A DNA stretch of 64,000 bases from Prasinococcaceae sp. CCMP 1430. Its lineage: Eukaryota > Plantae > Prasinodermophyta. The notes beneath the pieces are model-generated. The model was given only the letters and a program-made list of their open reading frames with translations. It ran no database searches and was not told the origin of the DNA. The DNA is taken from positions 65,764-129,763 of the forward strand of contig RQSC01000005.1 of NCBI GenBank assembly GCA_013416795.1. The letters run 5' to 3'. A program made the position numbers and the translations under genes. Numbering within the stretch: the stretch's first letter is position 1; every line of letters begins with the position of its first letter. Below are positions 32,561-44,619 of this stretch, one piece after another.

Positions 32561-35257
32561 ATGGACGCCGATGAGCCGCTTGCGGCGCCGCCGGCGCGCA
32601 AGAGCACCACCGAAGACCTCGCTGCCGCAGTGGGCGACGCGGCTGGCGCGATGGGGGACGCCGTCGGTGATGCGGCAGGCGCCGTGGGTGGAGCAACCAA
32701 GCGCGCCTTCGGGCGTACCACTGAGATGGGTGTGGCCACCATCGCGGCCTCGGCGCCCAAGGTGCGCACGCGCGGCGCACGTGCGCCTGCCAGTGCAGTA
32801 CCTGTTTGGAGTATACGCGTCCCCGCAGCTGGCGCGCGCGCACGCGTGCACATGACGCACACAAATGGCACCGCGTCCTTCATCTCGCTTCTGACAAGCT
32901 TCGTTGGCGAATGTGCGCTCGTCGCGCGGCGACTGCACGCCGGCGGACGTCGCGTGCGGCGCTGAGATTGTAGATGCGACCTTTCTTCGTCGAGCTGCGG
33001 CGGCGCTGGGTGCGCCTGCGGCGCGGCGGGCTGTACGCTTCGGAAGGACTCCTCCCCACGTGGCTGTTCGCGACGGCGTGCTGCCCATGCAGATGTGCGT
33101 TGTGCGGCGCCGAATGCGCCAAATGGGGCGTCGACGCCTGCCACAGATGCAACCAGCCGCGCAACCGCGCCTTGGGAGCAGGCAGAAGCACGCCCGGCGT
33201 CCCTCCCAAAGGCGTTGTGTTGATGGCGGCGTTGATGTGCAAAATGATGTACGAACTTTCCGAGGAAGGCTGGAAACGCGAGAGCTTCGCCACGGTGGTC
33301 GGGCGCGAGGCGGATGCAGCTGCGCAAGCAGTGGCGGAGAGAACCAACTTGGCATCGTCTGGGAGTGACACTGGCGGGGATACAGACACAGGTGTAAGCA
33401 CCGATGACGCCAACGAGCTGCATGCCGAGGAGAACGGCAGCGGCATCGATGAGGTTTCGGCTGCGGCGAAAGAAGAGAGGGGCGGTCGTGATGGCGACAA
33501 CAACGACCGGGACGCTGGCGCATCCGGCGCAGACGTGACCGCCCACATGAACCACGCGCAGTTTCTTGACCCAGTCATGCAAGACGTGTCCGCGAGAATC
33601 TTCCCAGACATCGCCCGAGCCGCGCTCGCGGAGGAGGTGCTGTTTGTCCACACTGTGCGCGAGCTCCGAGACAAAATCGACACCAATGCAGTCCTAACCG
33701 TCAATTCTGCGATGCGGCGCGTCGTGGTGGCCTTCAGGGGCACGGCGTCCGCGCAAAATATTATGACGGATGCGAAGATTCTGAAATGCGGAGCCGACGA
33801 CAAAAGTGGCGCCTTCGGCCCGCCGATTCACAGGGGGTTTGCAGAGGCATGTGCACGCCGCACCGCCTGCACGTCAGCTGCACTGCATCCCCTGTCGATG
33901 CCCCGCCATTTTACAGCTCGATGTTTTGCATGCACTGATGGCCAGCAAGTGAGCTTGAGGTAGAACGCCCGGCCCACTGGCAGTTTTGTGTCTCACACTT
34001 CTGATGCGAAGCGCTGACATGCGCGCGCGCGCAACCCCTCTCTCGACGCGAGCATAGGCGTACTACAGAGGGGGGGTAGCGTACGAGCTTGAGCATCGGC
34101 TCGCTGAGCTCTATCGCTGTCGCGCAGACGATTTCGACCACCGGCTCTACATCACCGGCCACTCGCTGGGTGGCGCGTTGGCGCAGCTGCTTGCGTATCG
34201 CTTGACGCGTCACTCGATCCTGCCCGAGGGGACCAACATCATCGTGGTCTCATTCGGCAGCCCGAGGTTGGGTGGTCCAGCATTTGCTGATGCGTTCAAC
34301 GCCATGACGAACGTGATCAACTACCGTGTCGTCAACGATGCAGACCCGGTTCCGAGAGTGCCCTCGTTCAATTTCAAGCATGCCGGCATCCTCATCCACG
34401 TCCGACCGCCCGAGGACTGGGCGACAGGCGCAGGCAATGTGCACGTTTATCGCGACGGCGCTGACGTCCCGTCCCCGTGCACGAATTGCATATGCGCAAA
34501 CATCGATGGTGGGGATCACGCCGTCGCTCGGTACACACCACCGAAGAGACCGCATGGGAATACGCGGGACTCGGAGTCGGAGTCCAGACCGTGCCTGAGC
34601 TTTTTGAACTGTGCCGATTGCGGCGGCGGTACACTCGGGGGCAGGAGCGCCGCCTCGACAGCGTCCGCTATCGCCGCTGTCGCGGATAGCAGGGGCCATC
34701 GCGCTGAGAGCAGTGCCACAGCAGGTAAGGAGGATGGTCGTCCAAGTGGCGGCAGCGAGCCCGAGGCCGCGTCCGAGGCAGGCTCCGTCGCCAGCGTGGT
34801 TGCCGTATCAGATGCGTCTCGCCACGAGAGGAAGACCAGAGCTAAGGATGACGCGAGCGCGAGCAGCGCCAGCATAGACGATCCGGCATGCTTCACTGGA
34901 TATCTGTATTCCGTCGCCTCCGTGCCTGCGGACAAGTGGCCTAACTCCGGTCCACCGTGGTGCGGAGTGAGCGCGGCAGACTTCATCGTGGCGCCGCGAG
35001 GATATACGGGGCGCATGTTTGTCTTCACTGAAGTGGAGAAGAGCAGCATCATGGACGCCACCGAGTCTGATTTGAGCGACGATGGGGAAGGCGGGAAGGC
35101 AGGCGCCCGGGCAGGTGGATCTGCTCCGCATCTCGTGAAACGCCGCACACTTGCGTGGGGTGTGGGCCTTGACGACAAATGGCTGGAGGCCGCACAGAGC
35201 GAGTCCGACATTGCAACGAAGCGCCCCCCTGTGCAGCAAGCGCCAATGACTTCGTGA
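32561..35257 (+). CDS. Class 3 lipase (alpha/beta hydrolase), spliced
   Basis: VVVAFRGT, IHRGF, ITGHSLGGALAQL, SFGSPRLG, RVVNDADPVPRVP, HAG and DH. Introns 32762-32973 and about 33847-34057. Confidence 0.88.
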
Positions 35258-35616
35258 TGGATGCATGGGTACTTTTTTAGGTGCCATTTTGTGCGCTCGC
35301 ACGCTGTTGCTATCAGAGACGCTCACGCCACGCACTGGGCAAGTCAATGCACCCATGCCGCTTCTCCCGCTCGGGCACTACTTTCCTGGCATCGGATTCC
35401 ATGCTCGGGCCGTCACATTCCCGGTCGAAAGGAAACCAGTGAGTGGGTGTCGTCGGATGTGGGATCAAGTGGGATTGATTAAGGACGAGAATCGTTTGCG
35501 TGTCTGTGTGATCATCGCGCGCGGAGGTCGGGCGGGCGCGGGCGAGGCTCCGCGCAGGCCCTGGCGTGAGCATGCTGCACGCTACCGCAGCGCGCGCGGC
35601 AGCACCGACGTGTTCG

Positions 35617-37313
35617 CTAGCATCCGGCGCTGGCTGCTGCCGGTGCGCGCCCGCTGGCCCGGCGGCTCCGCGCTGCGCCCTTGCTCAGCAGCGTGTCCTC
35701 CATGAGCTCCAGCGCAGCGTTGTGCATGACCTCGGTGTGCTCGTGCGCCACGGCCGCCTCGACAAGCACCCGCAGTGACTCGCCCGCCCCATGGTGCTCG
35801 TACGTGGTCGCCGCCCGCGCCACGGCGTCGGCCGTGCCCTCCAGCCAGCAGCGTGGGTCCGTTTCGCCGGCGAGCACCCACAGAGCGCGCGGGGCCACGC
35901 ACGGCAGCGCATCCGACGCGTCGAAGTTTTCCACGAGGCCGGGCGCGCACGCGTCGAGCACCGCCTTCACAACCGCGGAGTCAATGCGATTGCGATTGCC
36001 ATTCAGGTCCTCGGCGGCGTCTGATGGTTGGGCCCGAGGCGGACGAGGAAGAGGAGCGGTGCGGCGCGAGCGCGTGCGCGCGTCAGGGTGTGCGCGCGCG
36101 CCAGCAGCTCGTGAATCGCACGCACGCGCGCGCGCGACTTCGCCGCGTTTGTAGCACGCCTGCTGAGCCGCGCACTCGCACCGTCAAACGCTGTGCGCTT
36201 GGCCTCCAGCTGCTGCTCTTCGCTCATCGCATCGCTTTGGCTTCGCGTGAGTCGGGGGCGGAACGAGTCCACGCGCGCGTGGAAGGCCTTGCGCTGCAGC
36301 GCGTAGCGGAGGCTCTGCAGGCCGATGAGTGGCGCGACCGCCGTCAGCCGCTCGTCGGCGGCCGCCGCGAGCAGCGCCACACTGCCGCCGAGCGACACAC
36401 CCACGATACCCGCGCCGCCCGCATTTCGAGGCGAGCGCACGCAGGCGCGTGTTTCCAGCCAGTCTAGCACGCGCTGCACGTCCCACGCGCTGTCCATGAG
36501 GTACGGGCCGGCCGACAGGCCCGACGAGGGCAAGCAGCCCTTGAGCTTAGAGTCGCCGTCAGCAAGCTTGGCTGCGGATGCGCCACCAACGCCGGTGCTG
36601 GGAGTGACGACGACCACCCCGGGTGCGGATGGAGTTGCCGCGGCCGAGCGTGCATCTCGAGTGCCCGCGCGGGGCGCTCGCGCCGCCCGGTGCGCGCTCC
36701 TCCACGCGTCGCGCATGGCGCGCGTATAAGCGCCGTCGCCCCCTCGCGCGCCGTGGTGACGCAGGTCCATCGAGACGGCCACGAGGCCGCGCCGCACGCA
36801 CTCGAGCATGGCGACGCATGCGCGACCGCCGCGTGTGTCCGCGAACATCTCCTTAGACGAGTGCGTGCTGTGCAGCAGCAGCACTGCCGGTTGGGGTGAC
36901 GGGGGCGCGGCGGCGCCCGCAGGCCGCATGAGCAGTATGGGAATGTCGCGCTGCCCGGCGTCGGCGTCGTCGTTGCCGCCTATCAAGGTCCAGCGCTCCA
37001 GCGCGGCCGCGCTTTTGCTATTCGGCAAGGGCACGCCAAGCACGCCCTCGAAGCGCGCGCGCGGCGCGGGGCGGGCGCGCCCGGCGGCGAGCGCACCCCG
37101 CAGCGCACTTCGTGTTTGTTCCGCGGCCGTAAGGGCTTCTGAGGGCGCGATGGGGACGCAAGGAGGGATGGTACCCGCGCGGCATAGCTCTTCCGTCATG
37201 TCGTGCAGCCCCTCCGCGCGAGTTGCTGCGGCTGGCCCTGCTGCTGCTGCTGTCGAGGCTGCTGCTGAGGCTGAGCCACCGCCGCCATGCGAGCGTGGCA
37301 CGGAAGCCCCCAT
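35617..37313 (-). CDS. Alpha/beta hydrolase (esterase/dienelactone-hydrolase-like), spliced
   Basis: PAVLLLH, DLRHHGAR, GIVGVSLGG nucleophile elbow, APRALWVLAGETDPRC (Asp) and VAHE (His). Intron 36021-36181. Confidence 0.85.
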
Positions 37314-38184
37314 CTCCTTCGGCAGCGAGCGAGCCCTGCCTCCCCCCTGGCCGCCTCGCGCCGCGCCGCGCCCGAACGGCGCGCGGCGCCGCGCGTGACG
37401 CGCGCCTCGCTTTGCCTCGCGGCCGCCTCGCCTCGCGCAGGCGGTGTGGCGCGCCGCGCCAGCTCGCTCGCGCGCTCGCGCGCGCTGGGGGAACCACCCG
37501 CCGGAGACTTCTTCCTCGTCCCCACACGAACGCACTCGATGTAAACCCTACCCTAATGACCCCACGAAGTCAGACCGGCGGGCGGGCGCTCGGGGCGAAT
37601 CGGCGGGCCGGTGGAAAAATCATGCATGCGCGGCTGTCAAACTTCACAGCAGTCGAGCAGAGCGGATAGGCGGCGGATCTTGGCGGCGAGATTTGTGCCT
37701 GAGGGGTCCCACGTTCGTCAACCCACCCGCCCATACGTACCATCATGATGGTACGCGCGCACGTGGGGCCCGGCCAGCCTTGCATGCCGCAATGCATTTG
37801 ACATAAAATACATTCATGTTTGGTTCCGCGGGCTTTGGCAGCGGGTGCGGGGCACGCGGCGCAAGGAAAAATGCGCGGCGCCACACTGCCGCGCTGGCGC
37901 ACCCGGCCCTTCCCTAGCGCCCCGGCCCCGCGCGCCTGCCCCCCCACCCCCCCACAGCCCCAAACTCCCGCCCCCTAACCCCTACCACCACCAGCCCGAC
38001 CACCTCGGCGCCGCACCGCGTTGTTGTGCGGCGGGTCCGCGCGTGCGCGACGTCTGCGCGGGGCGCGCCTGCGGCTGCTGCTGAGCCTGAGAGCTCGTTC
38101 ACGACGGCGGCGCTGGCGGCTCGGGCGGGCAGGAGGGCCAGCCCCCTGAGCCCCCACGGGCTTGGGGCGGCGTTCGGCGCAGCA

Positions 38185-41100
38185 ATGAGGGCGCAGCTTT
38201 TTTTGGCCGTGGCGTTGCTGCTCGCCGCCTCACGCGCGAGCGCGCTCTTCGAGTATGGTACGCGGCACTGCGCGTGGTGCCTTCTACTAGCGCGCTCGCT
38301 CGCGTGCGAACGTGTGCGCGAGGGCGTGCCGCATCCGCCCGCGACGCGCCCGCCCGTGCCTGCGCGGGGTAGGCGCGGAGCTACAGTGGGGCCGCCGACG
38401 GCGGCGCTGGCGCTTAACATCGGCTGACGGCGCCTTTTCGCGAACGCGCGCGCGCGTTCGCAGTGAATTCGGACGCCTTCGCCACGTGTGACATCTACGG
38501 CGCCCCCAACGAGACCGCGGTGGGACCATGGTCCAGCCTACCGCCGCACTGCGTGCTCGAGGAGCAGGAGAGCAAGTTTCGCTGCATGCGCAGCTACATC
38601 GAGGCGCGCGCTGACCAGATCCCAGACGGCGAGGCGGCGTGCGATGCCGACTACAATGCGCCGTGCGCGCGATCCATCGCCGAGGCCAAGGCCGAGGGCC
38701 TCAGGCGGAGGCTGGCAGCTGCAGAGGTTGTGGACGGGGGTGCTACGCCAGCAGATTACATGGCACTCGCGCGCAGCCATCTCGAGGACGCGGCGGCGAT
38801 TGTCAGCGGACAAAATGTGTCGCTCGCCGAGGAGCTCGAAGGGCTGGTAGCTGCCGCGTCGAATGCGTCGCTCACACTTGGCATGCTCGACGACATTGCA
38901 GTGGCGGTGATCGGCAACATCAACGCAACGCGACTGATCGAGGTGGCCACTGGGGCGTTCGTCAACGCTGAGGATGGGGGAGGCGACCTGGAGGATATGC
39001 TGGTGCGCGCTACGGCGGGTGAGTTCAATCACCCAAACCACTTCTGGCCGCTTGTCATGGACATTTCGAGCGGCGTGATTCGCGCGAATGGCCGCCAGGC
39101 CGCCTTCGCGAACGATCCTGCTGAGGGGTCGCAGGCGATCAACAAGACTTTGGCAGGATGGCTCCTGTCGGTCACCGCAAGCATGGGCGAGCCAGCTGAC
39201 AGCGGCGCAACCTTTGACTTCGTCCCTGCGGCTGGCATCCCTGGCACAGACTGCCCGAGCGAAGCGGACGCACCCGGCGCTGGGTTCTGCGTGAACAACT
39301 CGGTTTACAGAGCCGCCTTGGCCAGGGACGGGAAGAATGTGAGTGACGAGGGTAACTACACAGGGCGCATACGCGCCGCCATTGAGGCGTGCGAAATCCA
39401 TGGCCATCACGGCGCTTTCACATATTTGTTGATGCCGTCTGCGCTGCTGGGCAGCGCGTCCCTCGCAAACACCAAATGGGCCGCTGAACGACGAGCGGAT
39501 GAGTGGATTCTGTACTCCGCGACGCCGACGGAGCTGCTCGGACTCAGTGTCGCCTACAGCTATCGAAATATCCCAAACGCACCCGTGCTCCCTTGCAATA
39601 GCGACTTCAATGACTTGTGCTCGATTGCCAATTCCGTGACCCTGGTCGGGAAGGCCCTCGACGCTGTGGACAGGACCCGCACACAGTGGGCATTCGAAGA
39701 CGCGCTGAACTCGCTGACATTCAGCCCTGAGTACAAGCTGCAAAACTTTTACGTTTTCAGCTACCACTACAACGGCATGAACGTTGCGCACGGTGCCAAC
39801 TCTCGGAACGTGGGGCGATCGACTTCCGCAATTGCTGCCGACTCGTCGCCAATCGTCGACGGCGTGCACCAGAATGCCATCCTCGCCGCAGCCGCCTCCG
39901 TGCCGAGCGGTTCCTGGGTCAATTTCCCGTGGCCAACGCTCGAGGTCCAGCGTGCCATTCAAAATGGCGTGGCACTCCCCCCCGATAAGCTCGCGGAGGT
40001 CGACCAGAAAGTCGCTTTCATGGTCAACTACGAGCACAGTGTCCGAGGCTCAGTGCAGCAATTCTACCTCGGCGTCGGGTACACGCACCAGCCCCTGCCG
40101 GAGCGGTGTGCTGACACTGGCCCCTTGGATGAGCCGTGGACAACCGAATTGAACTGTACGGCTCTGCCGTCTAATTCGTCGGCGAAGTGCGCCGCCGACT
40201 TCGCTTCGCCATGTGCGATCGCCAACACCCAGCGGCTTGTGGCGGACGCTGCCACCGAAGCGTACGTGCAAGATCCCGCGTCGAACATCGTCGGCCTCGT
40301 CAACGCGTCTGATCGCTTCAACCTCGGCTCGGAGCGAGCGCCCTTCGGTCTCTGGGTGATGAACGAAGACGGTGTCCTCGTCGCACTCGGGCGCTCGTAT
40401 CCACGCAACTACCGGACGATGCGCGAGTTGTATGTCGATGGCTTTGGCCTTTCGGAGGATGCCTACGCGTGCTTCATGGACGCGGCCAAGAGGACCGCGA
40501 CGAGTGCTCTGGGAGGTACCAACAGCGCCTTACTCGGCGGTTGGCTGAAGACGCAGTGGGGTCTGACCAGGAATGGAGAGATCGCCGAGGTCGACCTGAC
40601 CGTTATGTACGTGCGAGGCTTGATGCTCGGCAATACGCGCTTCTTCTACGGGACCGGCTTCCTTTCGCGCGGCCCCCCGGACGTCGTGCACTCCTTCGAC
40701 GGCCGCCCATGTGGCAACGACTTCGACACCTCGTGCGCGAGGCAAAACGCGCGCCTAGCGCTGGGCGTGGTGGCGTCGCGTGTCCTCGCATCGGGCAGGG
40801 CAGCTGCCCTGAACGAGTCGCAGCAGCAATGTCTGCAAACTCTTCGGCAGCAAGGCGACGCGCTCGATCTCAACTCGTCCGCTGCAGGTGCGGACACGAC
40901 TGGCAGCGGAGGCGAGCAGCGACGCCTGCTTGCAGACAAAGACGCCCTGCTCACACTGGAGGAAGAGCTCGCAGCGGTGACGAATGAAGGGCTGCGTGGT
41001 CTGTTGGGCGAGGACGCCGCATTCGCGTACTTCGACTGCCTCGCGTACGTGCTTCGACCCAGCGCAGATGAGGCCACGGCCGAGGTCGTTGCCTCGACGA

Positions 41101-43910
41101 TCAACCCCGCGCACGTAGGCAACAGCACAGCCACCATTGTGCCACCGGACGTCGACCCCACCGAATGGCTTCAAGCGCACGCGGACGCCGCCTCAGAGTA
41201 CACGTACGAGCTTGGTTCCTCGATCGATGGTCAGCAGGGCTACGCCAACGTGCGCGTCAGCAATGGGACGGATCAGCCACCACTGCGCCTGCGTGTGCTC
41301 GTCGTACGCGTTCGTGCCGGCGAGGATGGGCTCCCATACCTGGTGGCCAGTGGCACGCAAGACAGGCGCGCCTTCCATGCGTGCGGGAACGGCTCGTGTC
41401 CAGCTCACTCCGCGTGCGCGTCGAGCGAGAGCGAGTTCTGCGAGTGTGCTGCTGGCTACGTCGCCAACATCGAGACAGGCGTGTGCGAGGACGAGCCCGG
41501 GAGTGGCGGCAGCAGCCTGCCAACGTGGGTCATCGTGTTGATAGCCGTGCTCGGCTCAGCGGCCCTTCTAGTGGCGCTATTGGCTCTGTACGTGCGCCGC
41601 CGTCAACGGCTCAAACATGAGGGCGCTTGGCTGATCGACCCCGCAGAAATCGAGGTCGTTGAGCCGTACACACCTCTCGGGAGTGGCACGTACGGCCATG
41701 TGTATCTCGGTCGGTTCCGAGGGACGTTGGTCGCGCTCAAGAGAGTCAACCTCTTCGCAGGTCGCGAAAGCAAGAAGGTGTCGAGCGAGCGGGCCATGGG
41801 TGACGGAGCTGGTGACGCGGCAGAGGAAGTGCCGCGCCTCGGCTCGTCCCCGGTCGGAGGCATAGCAGGCGCGGGCAAAGCGAATGAAAAGGACCTGACA
41901 AAGGAGCACCGCGCGAGCTCGCTTCGGCGGGCCCCGTCGCTAAACCCGTACAGCACTACGGCTGTGGCAATACAGGAGCTCGATGCCGGCGGGCAAGGCT
42001 CGCAGCTCCCTCAGCTGCCCGAGAGCGGCGTAGGGCGCGACGAGTCGGCGGAAGGCATGCAAGGGAGCGCCTGGGGCAGCGGTCGCAGCGGCGTGGCGCG
42101 TGCATTTGGGGCTCCGTGCTGCGCAATGCCATCCACGACGTCCATTGCCTCTGCCGAAAACATTGATGGGGACTGCGAACACATCTCCGCTTGCAACTCT
42201 GCGAGCAGCAGCAGTAGCCTTGGGCACGCTTCAAGCAGCGGCGGCAGCGGCTTCTCCTGGGCCAAAAGGGCGCTAGTACCGCCTGCGTGGCTGGGGGGTT
42301 CTCCGACGTCCACACGACGAAGTCGTTACCAGAGGGGCAGTGCGAGGCTGTCCAGCTCCAGGCGTGTGGCCACCTTCAAGCGCGAGATCAAGCTCATGGT
42401 TCGGCTGCGGCACCCGAATATCGTCACGATGCTCGGTTCGACACGCGAGACGAAGCCGCTCATCGTCATGGAGTACATGCCGAGGGGCACGTTGCATGAC
42501 CTCCTCGCAAGCCCGACCTTCGCGGTTCCACCCGGACTTCTGTACTCCATGGCGCGCAACGTCGTGGCCGGGCTCAGGTATCTGCACGCGGGCGGAGTGC
42601 TCCACCGAGATTTGAAAGCGGGGAACGTGCTCGTTACCGAGAGCTTCGAGGCGAAGATTGCCGATTTCGGCCTTTCCGGCACCAAGAGCAGTGTCTACGA
42701 CGGCGGCGGGTCGCACGGCGTCGTAGGTACGCCCTTCTGGATGGCGCCTGAATTGCTGGACGGCCAGCCGCACAGCGAAATGTCGGACGTGTACGCCTTT
42801 GGCATGCTGCTGTACGAGATGTGGTCGCGCACGACGCCGTACTCCGATCTATGCGTCGGCGAGGAAAGCGGAGGCGCGGGCATGCGCCCTCGTGAGGTGC
42901 TGCTGGCCGTGCGCTCGTCCGAAACGAAGCTCCGCCCGACCATAACTGCGAGCATGCGCGCGAACGCCCCGCCGGAGCTTTGGCAGCTCATCGAGGACTG
43001 CCTGCTCCACCACGACGCGCGCCGGCCTACCCTTGAGGAGTGCGACACCGTGCTGGCGAAGCTGCAGGCGTCGTGCGGCGATGTGTTCGACCCCGAGTCC
43101 AACCAGCGCCGCACACACCTCCTCGAGCGCATGCTCCCACCCGACGTGGCTGCGCGCCTCACGCGCGGTGAGAAGGTGGGAGCGTTGCGGTACGCCGACG
43201 TGACCGTCTTCTTCTCGGACATCGTCGGGTTCACGGAGCTGAGCGCGACTTTGCAGCCGGAGCAGGTCACGGACTTTCTCAACAGACTGTATCGCACCCT
43301 CGATGGCCTCTGCGCCGAGTTCGACCTCTTCAAGCTCGAAACGATTGGCGACAGCTTCATGTGCGCCGGCTCGGTGCATCGCCAGCAGCCCAACACACAT
43401 GTCGCGCGTGTGGCGTGCTTTGCCCTCGCCGCCGTGCAGGCTGCCGAGCGCACGCTCGTCGACGTGGATGCGCCAGAGCTTGGAACGCTCCAGATACGCG
43501 TCGGCTTTCATTGCGGGCCTGCCGTCGGGGCTGTTGTTGGGGACGCTAACCTCAAATTTTCGCTCTATGGAGACACGGTCAACACGGCCAGCCGCTGCGA
43601 GTCAAACGGCTTGGCGCAGCGCGTGACGTGCTCGGAGGCGGCCGCGAAGGCGCTCGCATCGCAGGCGCCGTGGCTGAGCGTGGAGCCGCGCGGCTCAAAG
43701 ACGGTGAAAGGCAAGGGTGAGATGAAGCTCTTCTGGGTTGTCGGCACCAAAGATGGGCGCGACCCGCGGGAGTGTGTGTGTGAACTCGAGCAGGCCGATG
43801 GCGCCACCCGAGGCGACGACGGCGACTGCGTCGATAGCGTGCTCACAGTCACTGCAGGGGGAGGCGGCACCGACTCCGCGGACGAGGTTGGCGAGATCGC
43901 CGACAAGTAG
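38185..43910 (+). CDS. Single-pass receptor: signal peptide, Cache-like repeats, EGF-like domain, TM, TKL protein kinase, class III nucleotidyl (guanylyl-type) cyclase
   Basis: Exon 1 signal peptide MRAQLFLAVALLLAASRASA; intron 38258-38463. Cache-like FYVFSYHYNGMNVAHGAN...WVNFPWP; EGF-like CxxxxCxxxxxCx7CxC; TM at ~41526-41594. Kinase motifs LGSGTYG, VALK, HRDLKAGN, DFG, APE. Cyclase motifs FFSDIVGFT, KLETIGDSFM, GDTVNTASR. Confidence 0.9.
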
Positions 43911-44619
43911 CTGCTGCTACCTTGTGCGATTACAGTGAAGGACGCGGCGCCGCTCGAAGGTCGCATTGCCTGCGCGCGTCCGGGCGGCCGCGCCGCGCGA
44001 AGGGCGCGCGCGATGCCGACGCCCAATAAGTGCACTCTTCCTCTCCCGCCGCATCGGCCAGCGCTGGCCCGACCGAGAGACCCTGCAGTTCAAAAAAAAA
44101 CCAACGACGTTGCGCGCGCCAAACAAACACACCTACTAGACAATTTGAAACAGCGCACGAACACACGTGCCTCCAAACGGGGGGCCTCCTTTCGCGTCGG
44201 GCACGTGCAGTTCGAGTTCGGCCGCGCGCTGTGCACAGCGCGCGCGCGCGCCGCGCGCGCCGCTCGTGCCATCGCGCGCCTTGCCGCCGCCCTCGCCGCC
44301 GCCGCGCGCGCCGCGACAGTCGCAGCCGACGCGCGGCGCGCTTTCAGGAGGAGCGGGGTCGCTGTTCCGCGGCGGGGGTGGGGGGAGGCGAAGGCGCGCG
44401 CGCGTCTGCGCGGGGCGCACGTGCGGGGCACCAGCGTGCGCGTCCTCTGCTCGTCAGCAGCGCGCGCGCGCTCCCCGCTCGCCGGCGCACCGTGCCTCCT
44501 CGTTGGACGGTGCCGTCATGCTGGTGGTTGCCTTTTGGGATCGCTGCGCGCGCGCGCTCCCAGCGCGCGACGTTGCACGCCGGTGGCCGCTGACGCTCGA
44601 CGCTTTCCCAGCTCTCGAC

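Noticed and set aside
5368-43910. NCKX plus receptor guanylyl cyclase as a phototransduction-like module
   Set aside because: They are 30 kb apart, with no opsin, CNG channel or PDE in the window. Co-occurrence is likely chance.
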